Below are positions 1-9,205 of a stretch of 64,000 nucleotides of DNA, piece after piece. Where the stretch lies: NCBI GenBank assembly GCA_040005235.1, contig JBDTZG010000024.1:10021-74020 (forward strand), read 5' to 3'. The stretch's first letter is position 1, and each line of letters opens with the position of its first letter. Position numbers and translations under genes: made by a program. The stretch is from Acidobacteriota bacterium (GTDB taxonomy: Bacteria > Acidobacteriota > Thermoanaerobaculia > Multivoradales > UBA5704). The notes under the pieces were generated by a model. The model searched no databases, was not told the DNA's origin, and saw nothing but the letters and a program-made list of their open reading frames with translations.

Positions 1-7
1 TGCCGGC

Positions 8-634
8 GTGATCATCGGAGGCGCGGCACTCCTCTATTCGGCCAGGCAACTCCGGATCTCCTCCCGGGTCAGCCAGGCGCAGTTCTGGCTCGATCTGCGC
101 GAGATGTTCGCGGACAAGCACCACGAGATCCACCTTCAGCTGCGCAACGCGAAATGGTCGAACGACGACGCCCACTTTCCCGCCGAGGAGGATTGGGCGC
201 GGTTGGAGGCCTACATGGGCCTGTTCGAGCACTGCGAGAAAATGCTCGAACAGGGCCTTCTCGACGCGCCGACCTTCGAATCGATCTACGGCTATCGCCT
301 GCAACGGATCGTCGAGAACCCTCTCATCGTGCGCGAAAAACTGGTCGGCCGCCGCTGGGGCTGGGGCGACTTGATCCGGCTCTTGGAGCGCGTCGAGAAG
401 CGCCTGCCACAGACCCGCTACCTGATCGGTTTCTGGGAAGGAAATAAGGGCATCCTCTGGCACGGCACCGCGGTCCGCGCCCAAATCAACGAAAAATTCG
501 GCCCCGATGGCCGCCCCGAGTTGGAACGCCAATACCGCGCCGCGTTCGCCCAACTGAAAGACCGGCCGGGAGAGATTCAATACGCCTGGCTGCGTTCCAA
601 CGGACACACGATCGAGAGCTGGCGCGAGAGGTGA
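8..634 (+). CDS. hypothetical protein, possibly 5'-partial (the ORF runs to the window start; the first in-frame start is GTG at 8)
   Basis: 208-aa ORF with coding-like codon usage in a high-GC background; no recognisable family motif. Confidence 0.45.
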   Translation: MIIGGAALLYSARQLRISSRVSQAQFWLDLREMFADKHHEIHLQLRNAKWSNDDAHFPAEEDWARLEAYMGLFEHCEKMLEQGLLDAPTFESIYGYRLQRIVENPLIVREKLVGRRWGWGDLIRLLERVEKRLPQTRYLIGFWEGNKGILWHGTAVRAQINEKFGPDGRPELERQYRAAFAQLKDRPGEIQYAWLRSNGHTIESWRER

Positions 635-669
635 TCCAGGCTTCCACTCTGCGGTAGACCGTTCACGCC

Positions 670-825
670 ATGATCCCCTTCACTCGCCGCGATCTTCTCG
701 GGGCGACGGCCGCTACGACGGCGGCGCTCGCCCTGCCCAGGGTTCTCTTCTCCGAGGACCCACAAGATGCCATCGGCGCCGAGATCCTGAAGCGCCACGC
801 CGAGGAGATCGAGCGCCTTCAGTAA
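670..825 (+). other. 51-aa ORF with a twin-arginine (Tat) signal-like N-terminus (TRRDLLGATAATTAALALP); possible N-terminal remnant of a Tat-secreted protein
   Basis: ATG at 670 with an RRDLL motif followed by a hydrophobic stretch; ends at 825 just before the low-GC module. Confidence 0.3.
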
Positions 826-1017
826 TGAGTGCGGCAGCCTTCAATCGCCGCTGAAAACCGAGGAATGGAAAAGGGTAACCGCACTCGATGCGACTGGCGC
901 ACGAGGTCGGTTTCCGACAGGCTAGCCAGCGCAGCCTGGAAGCTTGACGATTGGCGTTAATAGAGCGTAACATCTCTGAATCGAAGGTTGGAGGGCGTTA
1001 GTCCTTCAAGGAGGAGT

Positions 1018-1052
1018 TTGACGCTGAAGAGGGGCCGCTGGTATGGTAAAAT
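1018..1052 (+). promoter_or_regulatory. sigma70-like promoter candidate (TTGACG, 18-nt spacer, TATGGT) upstream of the Panacea-domain gene
   Basis: Near-consensus -35/-10 hexamers in an AT-richer stretch, about 120 bp upstream of the ATG at 1173. Confidence 0.4.
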
Positions 1053-1172
1053 GAGAAACCAAGCCTCCTAAACGTCATTGTTCCATCCCAACTTAGGTGG
1101 TGTTGTTTCAAGCGCTGGGTGAGCATAGGATGACTTCCCCGGCCTTCTCTCAGGGTAAAGGTGGAGAACATC

Positions 1173-1751
1173 ATGCCGATTCCAAATAGCCGGCATAAGC
1201 TAAAGCAGCTGATCCTCTATGTCGCCGCTAAAATGAAAGACGCTGATTCCTTCGGAGAAACCAAACTCAACAAGGTTCTGTTTCGGGCAGATATGGCGTG
1301 CTATAGGGATCTCGGCGAGAGCCTAACCGACTTCAAGTTTCAGAAAAACCATCAAGGGCCGACTCTGCGGGCCTTCCTTCCAATCACTCGGGAAATGACC
1401 GCCCAGGGGGTGCTTGCGTGGAACTCTCGGTTCGTAGGTTCTGTCAATGAGAACCGTCCGATAGCGCTGGCCGAGCCCGATCTGGAAGCTATTTCCCCTC
1501 AGGAGAGAGCCCTCATTGACGAAGAGATCGCAAGGGCGTGGATGTTAACTGGAGGACAGATGTCCGACGAGGAGCATGTCACGGCCGCGTGGTTTGCTCT
1601 ACGCCAAGGTGAGACGATTTCGCCGGAGCTTTGCTTTGTTGAAAACCCCCTAAATATTATTCCTCTCAGCGAGAAAGAGGAATCTCGTGCCAAAGAAGCC
1701 ATTGACCGATATCGCGCACGAACCGCAGTTTCTCCGGACCTTAGTGCATGA
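1173..1751 (+). CDS. Panacea-domain (DUF4065, SocA/GepA-like) putative antitoxin
   Basis: Motifs KLKQLILYVAAK...GETKLNKVLFRADMACYRD resemble the Panacea domain. An AAGGTGGAG RBS lies 8 nt before the ATG at 1173 (an alternative ATG is at 1161). GC is lower than in the flanking sequence. Confidence 0.6.
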   Translation: MPIPNSRHKLKQLILYVAAKMKDADSFGETKLNKVLFRADMACYRDLGESLTDFKFQKNHQGPTLRAFLPITREMTAQGVLAWNSRFVGSVNENRPIALAEPDLEAISPQERALIDEEIARAWMLTGGQMSDEEHVTAAWFALRQGETISPELCFVENPLNIIPLSEKEESRAKEAIDRYRARTAVSPDLSA

Positions 1752-2019
1752 ACCTGACTATCTGAAGGCGATAGAAGAGGTGTTCGAAACCGTTCAGAGG
1801 GCAGATGACGTTCTGGGTGGTCTGGAATTGTTCATTAGCCGTCGCGCCGAAATGGGAATGGCCTGCAAGGGATACCCGCCCGAGTTTTGTACATGGCTGT
1901 CGACCTTGTTACCGAATGATTGTCGTGTCCGAGTGCTCTACACCTACACGACCGAAGAGGCACACCTCCTCGACGCGTGGATGGTCTCAGGATCCGCGGA
2001 CGGGCCCTATTATCGCTAG
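1687..2019 (+). CDS. small ORF (110 aa, GTG start) overlapping the 3' end of the Panacea gene; candidate cognate toxin
   Basis: AGAGGAA RBS 5 nt upstream of the GTG; 65-nt out-of-frame overlap with the Panacea gene; no family recognised. Confidence 0.35.
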   Translation: MPKKPLTDIAHEPQFLRTLVHEPDYLKAIEEVFETVQRADDVLGGLELFISRRAEMGMACKGYPPEFCTWLSTLLPNDCRVRVLYTYTTEEAHLLDAWMVSGSADGPYYR

Positions 2020-2104
2020 GCAGCGGCGCCATGGGTGCCATGCGCCGGATCGCTCGAACCAGGAAGCCCCCCCGCCCCCCCCACCCTGCCTACCATTCCC
2101 CACC

Positions 2105-2506
2105 ATGCGAGCGAGCGATCTGCGGGAGCTGACGGCGGTCATGCGGCGCGCGGCCCAGGCATCCCGGGCGCGCAAGCACGATCTGGAAGCGGCGATGGGC
2201 GTGAGCCACGGCCGGATGGAGGATCTCTGGTCCGGAAACCTGGAGCTGAAGGTGCGCCATCTCGTGGGGTTGGCGGAGCTTCTGGAGGTTCCACCGGCGG
2301 AGATTCTCGCGGCGGGATGTCCCCACGCCCAAGCGGCGGAGCGCCGCCTGTCCGACTGGATCGGCCCGGTCGAGCCGCCATTCGCGGCGCGCCGCGCCGA
2401 ACAGGAGAAGGCCAACGCGGAGGCCGACGACGAGCGCCTACGCCGCGTGGTGCGCGAAGAGATCGCCGCCGCGTTGCCCGCCAGGGCGCGCGGCAAGGCG
2501 AAGTAG
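2105..2506 (+). CDS. XRE-family helix-turn-helix DNA-binding protein
   Basis: An HTH_3-like segment (HDLEAAMGVSHGRMEDLWSGNLELKVRHLVGLAELLEVPPAEIL) followed by a charged C-terminal tail. Confidence 0.6.
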   Translation: MRASDLRELTAVMRRAAQASRARKHDLEAAMGVSHGRMEDLWSGNLELKVRHLVGLAELLEVPPAEILAAGCPHAQAAERRLSDWIGPVEPPFAARRAEQEKANAEADDERLRRVVREEIAAALPARARGKAK

Positions 2507-2548
2507 CTCCCCGCAAGCCCCTACGCGCCGCGGTGAGATCGGACCAAC

Positions 2549-2730
2549 ATCGCGTCCGAATTTTGCGTGATGCGTCCGAATTCTGCGCAGTGCGTCCGAA
2601 GAGTCGACAGCCGGTCCGATTTCTGGGTCGGTGCGCTGAGGATAGCGCTTTTCAGCCGTCGGATTACGGCAATGCGTCCGATTTCGGCGAAATGCGTCCG
2701 ACAACTGCGGCGCGCGTCCGGTAAGTGTAT
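2549..2730. repeat. 20-bp tandem repeat array (about 7-9 units, core TGCGTCCGAW); iteron-like
   Basis: GCGTCCGA cores at 2552, 2572, 2592, 2612 (variant), 2674, 2694 and 2713 (variant), with exact 20-bp phasing. Confidence 0.8.
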
Positions 2731-2810
2731 TTTAAGTCCGAGGAACGGAGAAAGGCAGCGCCGAGGAGCACAATCGGCTCCCCGGCATCGCTGTCCTGTG
2801 CCAGCCGCCC

Positions 2811-5800
2811 CTACTCCCGAGGCGCCGGGATGCTCGGCACTACGACCTTCTTCCGCGGGTTCTTCGCCAGCTCGGCGAGCATGACCTCGATCGCCTTTTC
2901 GAGCGTGGGGTCTTGGCCCTTGGCGACCAGGTCGGGCCGGTCGATGACTTCGATGTCGGGGCTCACCCCTTCGTTTTCAACCGCCCATTTGCCGTCGGTG
3001 TCGAGGAAACGGAACTGGGGGACGAGGACGAATCCGCCGTCCATGAGCGGCGGGTTGCCCGAGAGGCCGATCAGTCCGCCCCAGGTGCGGGTGCCGATCA
3101 GCGGGCCGAGGCCGAGCTTCTTGAAGTAGTAGGGGAAGGCGTCGCCGCCCGAACCGGCGCTCCAGTTGATCAGGCACGCTTTCGGACCCGGATTGACGAA
3201 ATCGGGCGTGGTGCCCGGCTCTTCGCCGCGGCGCACCCAGTAGTTGAGCAGCGGGCGAGAGAGCAGCGCGATCATCGAGTCGGGGATAAAGCCTCCGCCG
3301 TTGTAGCGGTCGTCGACGATCAGCGCCTCTTTATCGACCTGCGGGTAGAAGTGCTTGTACAGCTCGCGATTTCCTTCGACCGCGGTGTTCGGCAGGTGGA
3401 TATAGCCGATCCTGCCGCCTGATGCCTTTTCCACCCGGCGGCGGCTGGCATCCACCCAGACGAGATAGCGGAGATTTTGCTCGCTGGTGATCGTCGAGAT
3501 CTTTTCTCCATGCGCTCCGTCGAGCGTCGGCTTTTTGTTGAGCAGCAGCGTGACGGTCCGGCCGCCTTTGTTCTCGAGCAGGCGGTAGAAGTTGTCGACC
3601 CCCTGGGTCGAGACTCCGTCGACGCTCAGGATCAGCTCGCCCTCTTCGGCGTGGACGCCCGGCTCGGTGAGCGGCGAGCGGAAGTCCTCGTGCCAGTTTT
3701 CACCCGGGAAGATCTGGGCGATGCGGAAATAGCCGGACGGATCGGCGGTGACCTCAGCTCCGATCAGGCCGCCATCCTTCCGCTCGACCGGCGACCAATC
3801 GGGCCGCCGTTCGACGTAGGCGTGACCCGAGCCGATTTCGGCCATGATCTCGTTCAACATCCAGTCGAGGTCGTTGCGGCTCGAAACGTAGGGCAGCAGC
3901 TCGCCGTAGCGCTTGATGATGGCGGGCCAATCGCGGCCGTGAAGGTTCGGGTCGTAGAACCAGTCGCGGACCAACCTTGCGGCATCGCGGTAGATCTGCG
4001 CCCACTCCTCGCGCGGGGAGCTGCGGACCTGCAGATGCGAGAGATCGAGCTTGGCGTCCGGCTTTTGGTCCGACGCGGCGTCGACGATTCCGAAATCGCC
4101 GCTCTGGGCGAACAGGATCTTCTTGCCGTCGGCCGACAGGGTGTAGTCGTTCACCAGGGCCAGGACGCTCTTTTCTCCGCGGGCTTCGAGCGAGTAGCGG
4201 AACAGCTGGGTGGTCCCCGGGTTGATCTGCTTCAAGTAGTAGAGGGCGTCGCTCGACGCCGAGAGCGAGCGGTAGGCGCCCGGATCGCCGGGGATCGCCC
4301 GAACCCGGCCGTCGAAACCGTCGAAATCGACCTGCACCTTGACCGGTTTCCCCGCTTCGGCCGCCTTCGCGGCACCGGTCGGCTCCTCATCGCTCTGCGG
4401 CGGGAACAGCGCGGGCTCGTCCTTGTCCAGGGCGCCGACGTAGACGCGGGTCGGATCGATGTAGAGGTACTGGGTCTCAAAGCCGCTGAAGGTGAGCGTG
4501 AAGTCGCGGTTCGACAGGAAGTAGAGATAGTGACCGCGCGGGTCCCAGACCGGTTCGAAGTCGTTGGCGCCGCTGTCGGTCAGCTGCCGGGCTTTGCCAT
4601 CTTCGAGCGAGTAAACCCAGAGGGAGCTTAGGTGATTCGCGCCGAGCTTCGGGTAGGCGAGGAACCGGCTGTCGGGCGACCAGCGATAGATTTCGAGCGT
4701 GCCGTAGCGGCTTGAATCGGCGTCGCGCACCTTGCCCGTTTCGACGTCGGCGATCCGCAGCCGGGCCTTCTTGTCGCCGAACGCGAGCTTTTTCGAGTCA
4801 GGCGACCAGACCGGCGCGAAGCGCCAGACGTCGCCGTCGGTCGTCACCCGCCGCTCGGGGCCGTTGCCGTCGCCCGGACGGACCCAAATTTCGTACTCGC
4901 CGGTACGGTCAGAGAGATAGGAGACCCACTTGCCGTCCGGCGACCAACTGGCCGACATTTCGCGGATTCCGGGGGTGGCGGTCAGGTTGCGGATCTCGCC
5001 TTTCTCGGCCGGCACGGTGAATAGATCGCCATGCGCGGTGAGCAAGGCGCGCTTGCCCGAAGGGGAAGGCACGGCGGCCTCCACGCTCTTCGATAGATCG
5101 ACGATCGACGGCATCGCCTCGGGGAAATCGCCCGAGACGTGGATCGGCACCTTCGCCGTCTCGCCCCGCTGCGGATCGAACAGCCAGATCCAGCCTCCCG
5201 CCTCGTAGACGACCGCGTCGGGGCCGCCGCTCGGCCATTCCACGTCCCAGTCGCCGTTCGTCACTTTGGCGGTCGCTTTGGAGCGCGTGTCGTAGGAGAA
5301 CAGGTTGAGCGTGTGGTCTTTGTCGGAGGCGTAGAAGATTTGATCGCCGATCCAAACCGGCCACATCTCGTTTTCCGGCGTCTTGGTGATCTGCTCGGCG
5401 CTGTCCTTGGCGAAGTCGTAGATCCAGACATCCGGCGTCCGGCCGCCCCGATGGCGCTTCCAGTTGCGGAACTCGCGGCCGATCGGGGTGTAAGCGAAAC
5501 GCGTTCCATCGGGTGACATCGACCCCGCGCCCCCTTCCGGCATGCGCATCGGCTCTTCCATGCCGCCCGCGGCGGGCACCGTGTAGGGCCGGCCGACCCG
5601 TTCGTCGTAGCCCGTCCGGTTGGCGCGGAAGACGATCTTCTTGCCGTCCGGGGTCCAATCGAGGATCACGTTGTCGTATCCGCCGCGCGCCGGAAGCTCC
5701 CCGATGTCGTTTCGGAACGTCAGCTGCTTGGGCTCGCCGCCGTCGGCCGAGACCACGTAGACCTGGCGGGTGCCGCTGTATTCACCCGAAAATGCCACCC

Positions 5801-6057
5801 ATTTGCCGTCGGGCGAGAGCTTGGGGAACAGCTCCTGGCCGGGGTGCGAGGTCAACCGCCGCGCTTCGCCGCCCGCGCGGGGGACGATCCAAACGTCGCC
5901 GGCATAGACGAAGACGATCCGGTCGCGCGAGACGTCCGGCGTATGGAGCATGCGGGTGCCGCCGTCGAGTTGAGCGAACGCGGAGGGCGGGGCGACGAAG
6001 GCAAACGCGGCGAGCAATGCGAACAGGCCGAGGAGCGGCGACGGGCGTTTCTTCACA
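2811..6057 (-). CDS. tricorn protease homologue (beta-propeller, PDZ and S41 peptidase domains), secreted
   Basis: About 1082 aa from a GTG start (VKKRPSPLLGLFALLAAFAFVAPPSAFA signal peptide). WD40-like propeller repeats, a PDZ region and C-terminal S41 peptidase motifs are present. The longer ORF to 6638 lacks coding character upstream of the signal peptide. Confidence 0.75.
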
Positions 6058-6125
6058 AGGCGTTCCTTTCCGGAGGGGTGACGCGAACCGGCTGATCCTG
6101 TCTTTACGGGGCGGCGGAGCGCAAG

Positions 6126-6731
6126 TTGCCATCCCCAGGTAGGATGGCCCTCATGCAGACCCCTCAGATCGTGCGGCTCCAGGACGTGACCCCCAACCCC
6201 TGGAAGAATGGCGGGGGACAGACCCGCGAGCTTCTGGCTTGGCCTGAGGTCGACCGGTGGCGCTTGCGGGTGAGCGTCGCCGAGATCGGAAGCGACGGGC
6301 CGTTCTCTTCGTTTTCCGGCGTCACCCGCTGGTTTGCCGTGGTGGCCGGGAAAGGCGTGGTGCTCCGGTTCGGTTCCGAGGAGCGTCGGCTCTCGATGGG
6401 CAGCGATCCTCTGCGGTTCGACGGGGCCTGGTCTCCCGGCTGTCAGCTGGTCGACGGGCCGACTCTCGATTTGAACCTGATGATCTGCGACGGACGAGGC
6501 ACTATGACCACGGCGTATTCGGGCAAGCCCTGGGGGGAGAATTTCGCCCAACGCGGCCTGTTCGCCCGAGCGGCCGGTCGCTGGGTCCCCGATCAGGGCG
6601 AGCCGCTGGCGCTTTCGCCGAACACTCTCCTCTGGCAACCTGAGGCGAACCCCGGCCTCTGGCGCTTCGAACCCGACTCGGTCGCCCCCGAAAACACCGC
6701 CGTCGGCTGGTGGCTGGGCTTCACCCCTTAG
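6126..6731 (+). CDS. HutD/Ves family protein
   Basis: A PWKNGGGQTREL motif typical of HutD; about 200 aa. Confidence 0.65.
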   Translation: MPSPGRMALMQTPQIVRLQDVTPNPWKNGGGQTRELLAWPEVDRWRLRVSVAEIGSDGPFSSFSGVTRWFAVVAGKGVVLRFGSEERRLSMGSDPLRFDGAWSPGCQLVDGPTLDLNLMICDGRGTMTTAYSGKPWGENFAQRGLFARAAGRWVPDQGEPLALSPNTLLWQPEANPGLWRFEPDSVAPENTAVGWWLGFTP

Positions 6732-6760
6732 AGAGGGCTTGCGCCCTCCCCGCCGATGGT

Positions 6761-7834
6761 TCAGACGCCGTGCGAGCCGGGGGCCTGATCGGGCGACTCG
6801 GGCGGCTCGGGCCGAACCACGGGCGGCGCCGGCAGGGCGATGCCGTGCGCCGCGAAATCTTCGAGCACGGCGAGCAGCACGGCCTGCTGGCGATCCATGT
6901 ACAGGTTCATGTTCGAGCCGATGACGAAGTAAACCAGCTCGATCTCGATCCCGATCCGGCCGATCGCCGTGACGTGCGCGCGATCGAAACGCAGATCGCT
7001 CTGGCCCGCGACGATCGCCTGGAACCGAGCGGGAATCGCCCCCAACTCGGCCGGAGGAGTATCGAGCGCCACGGATAACGTAAGCGCCACCCGCCGCTCG
7101 GCCATCCGCCCGAAATTGTGCAGCCGGCTCTTGAGCAGATCGCCGTTCGAAAAGATCAGCTGCTCGCCTGAGGTGCTGCGGATGCGGGTGGTCTTCAAAC
7201 CGATCGATTCGACCGAGCCCGACAGGTCGTCGACTTGAATCAAATCGCCGAGAACGAACGGTTTGTCGATCAGGATGGTGAGCGAGGCGAACAGGTCGGC
7301 GAGGATGTTCTGGGTTGCGAGAGCGAGCGCCAGGCCGCCGACCCCGAGCCCGGCGATCAGGGCCGTCACCTGAACGCCCAGCGCATCGAGCGCCGCCAAG
7401 GCCAACACTGCGCCGAGGATCAGCTTGCCGAGAAACTTGAGCGCCGAAAGGGTCGTCGCGGAGGCCGGATCGAATCCCGTCCGCTTCTGCCGCCGGTCGA
7501 TCCAGAAATCGATCGCCGCCGAAACCCAGAGGGCCGCCTGAAGGAAGATCGCGATCACCGCGACGGTGCCGAGCACCCGCTCCAAACGGAGCGGCAAATG
7601 TACGGCGAGCGCGCCGAGGCGGAGCGTGACGGCGAGCAGCAGGATGCGGCGGGTGCGACGGGCGAGCACGACCGCGAAATCGTCGAACGGCGTCTCGGTC
7701 CTCTCGGCGCGCGGCGCCAGACGAACCACGATCAGGCGGCGAATCAACAGGGCCAGCCCAAAGACGCCGAGCGCCAACCCAAGCGCCGCGGACCAGCTCT
7801 GCCAGGAATTGCCGAACGGCTCGAAGGGGATCAC
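6761..7834 (-). CDS. mechanosensitive ion channel, MscS family
   Basis: N-terminal TM helices, then the MscS beta-domain motif LGDLIQVDDLSGSVESIGLKTTRIRSTSGEQLIFSN. Confidence 0.8.
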   Translation of the reverse strand: MIPFEPFGNSWQSWSAALGLALGVFGLALLIRRLIVVRLAPRAERTETPFDDFAVVLARRTRRILLLAVTLRLGALAVHLPLRLERVLGTVAVIAIFLQAALWVSAAIDFWIDRRQKRTGFDPASATTLSALKFLGKLILGAVLALAALDALGVQVTALIAGLGVGGLALALATQNILADLFASLTILIDKPFVLGDLIQVDDLSGSVESIGLKTTRIRSTSGEQLIFSNGDLLKSRLHNFGRMAERRVALTLSVALDTPPAELGAIPARFQAIVAGQSDLRFDRAHVTAIGRIGIEIELVYFVIGSNMNLYMDRQQAVLLAVLEDFAAHGIALPAPPVVRPEPPESPDQAPGSHGV

Positions 7835-8014
7835 GGGAAGCTCGAAAAGGTCAAGTTAAGAAAAAGTCCGAAAAAGCTGCCGGGCACATTGGGTCGTCTT
7901 CCGACGGTCGGCCTGAGAATGCTATCAGTTCCCGGATCGCACCCAGGGCGGGGGTAACGAAAGGCGGGCGGGTGCGCCCATTATCTGGATTGCTTACCCT
8001 TAAGGGAGCTTCCG

Positions 8015-9202
8015 ATGAACTCTTCGCACCTGCCGTCCGCCCTGGTTCTCTTCTCGCTCCTGCTCGGCACCTTGCCGGCCGAAGCGAACAACTGCACCGC
8101 GGATCTCGTCCCCGCCGCGACCCTGTTGTTGCCCTATTTCCAAGTCGACCTCGGAAACGCCGCGGGCGCCAACACGACGTTTTCGATCCAGAACGTCGGC
8201 CCGAACGGCGTTTTGACGAAAGTCGAGCTGTGGAGCGACCTCGCCGTGCCGGCCGGCGGGTTCATGATGTATTTGAGGCCGCGGGAGCGCCGGACCGTCG
8301 ATCTGCGGAGGGTTCTCAACTGCGCACTGCCCGCGACGGTGAATCCGGCCGGCACCTTCCCGAGTTGCACCGGCGCACTCCCTCCGAGCGCCGCTTTCTG
8401 CGCCATGTACGACTGGAAGAAGACGTTGACCGGCAAGCCCTCGACGTTCCTCGGGGGAAACTGCGGCGGACGGAACTTCAACGACTCGATCGCCCGGGGC
8501 TACCTAACGATCGACACGATGAACACGTGTACGACGCGATTTCAGGGCGACCCCGGTTTCTGGTCCTCGGGCGGCACCGGCGACGCCTCGAACCAGAACG
8601 TCCTGGCCGGCGATTTCGCGATCGCCGATACCTCGACTGGACCCGCGTTCAGCGCCCCGCTGGTCTCGATCGAAGCCCGCGTCGCCGATCCGGAGACGGC
8701 GACCGCGGGCAATGCCACGTTCTACGGCACTCAGGACGGCTGGATCGCGGCGGACAACCGCGAGCCGCTCGCGGGGATCTACGGACCTCGCTTTAGCACG
8801 GCGCCCCGCGTCGGTTCGACCGACCTGATCGTCTGGCGCGATCCGAAAGTGGATCAGAACCCCTTCACCTGCGGCACGGTTCCGGCCTGGTTTCCACTGT
8901 CGCAGACTTCAATCATCCGATACACCGACGCGGGCGCGGCGACACTCCTTGGCGGCACGCCTTTTCCCGCCGCCGCGCAACGGGTCTCGGCCCTCCCCCT
9001 GACCGGCGCCTTGGGTGGCAGCGGCTGGCTCCGCCTCGATCTGAACTTCAGCTCTGCGGCGGCCGGCAACAATCCCCCCGAAGCCCCGAATCGCGCCCAG
9101 GCGTGGGTCGGCACCTTGATCAAACAGATCGGCAAATATCCGGTGAGCTTCGAGTCCGTGGCGTTGAACAACGGCTGCACCGGGACGCTCGGCTACCCGT
9201 AG
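8015..9202 (+). CDS. secreted hypothetical protein, Cys-containing and Gly/Thr-rich
   Basis: Signal peptide MNSSHLPSALVLFSLLLGTLPAEA; no family recognised. Confidence 0.55.
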   Translation: MNSSHLPSALVLFSLLLGTLPAEANNCTADLVPAATLLLPYFQVDLGNAAGANTTFSIQNVGPNGVLTKVELWSDLAVPAGGFMMYLRPRERRTVDLRRVLNCALPATVNPAGTFPSCTGALPPSAAFCAMYDWKKTLTGKPSTFLGGNCGGRNFNDSIARGYLTIDTMNTCTTRFQGDPGFWSSGGTGDASNQNVLAGDFAIADTSTGPAFSAPLVSIEARVADPETATAGNATFYGTQDGWIAADNREPLAGIYGPRFSTAPRVGSTDLIVWRDPKVDQNPFTCGTVPAWFPLSQTSIIRYTDAGAATLLGGTPFPAAAQRVSALPLTGALGGSGWLRLDLNFSSAAAGNNPPEAPNRAQAWVGTLIKQIGKYPVSFESVALNNGCTGTLGYP

Positions 9203-9205
9203 AAC

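Noticed and set aside
2066-2104. C-rich tract (CCCCCCCGCCCCCCCACCCTGCC...) upstream of the HTH gene
   Set aside because: Could be a phase-variable homopolymer. It is interrupted (C7-G-C7), short, and sits within the 3' part of another ORF, so evidence is insufficient.
2035-2724. 229-aa Gly/Arg/Pro-rich ORF across the HTH gene and repeat array
   Set aside because: Low-complexity translation typical of an off-frame high-GC read. It overlaps the better-supported HTH gene and the non-coding iteron array.
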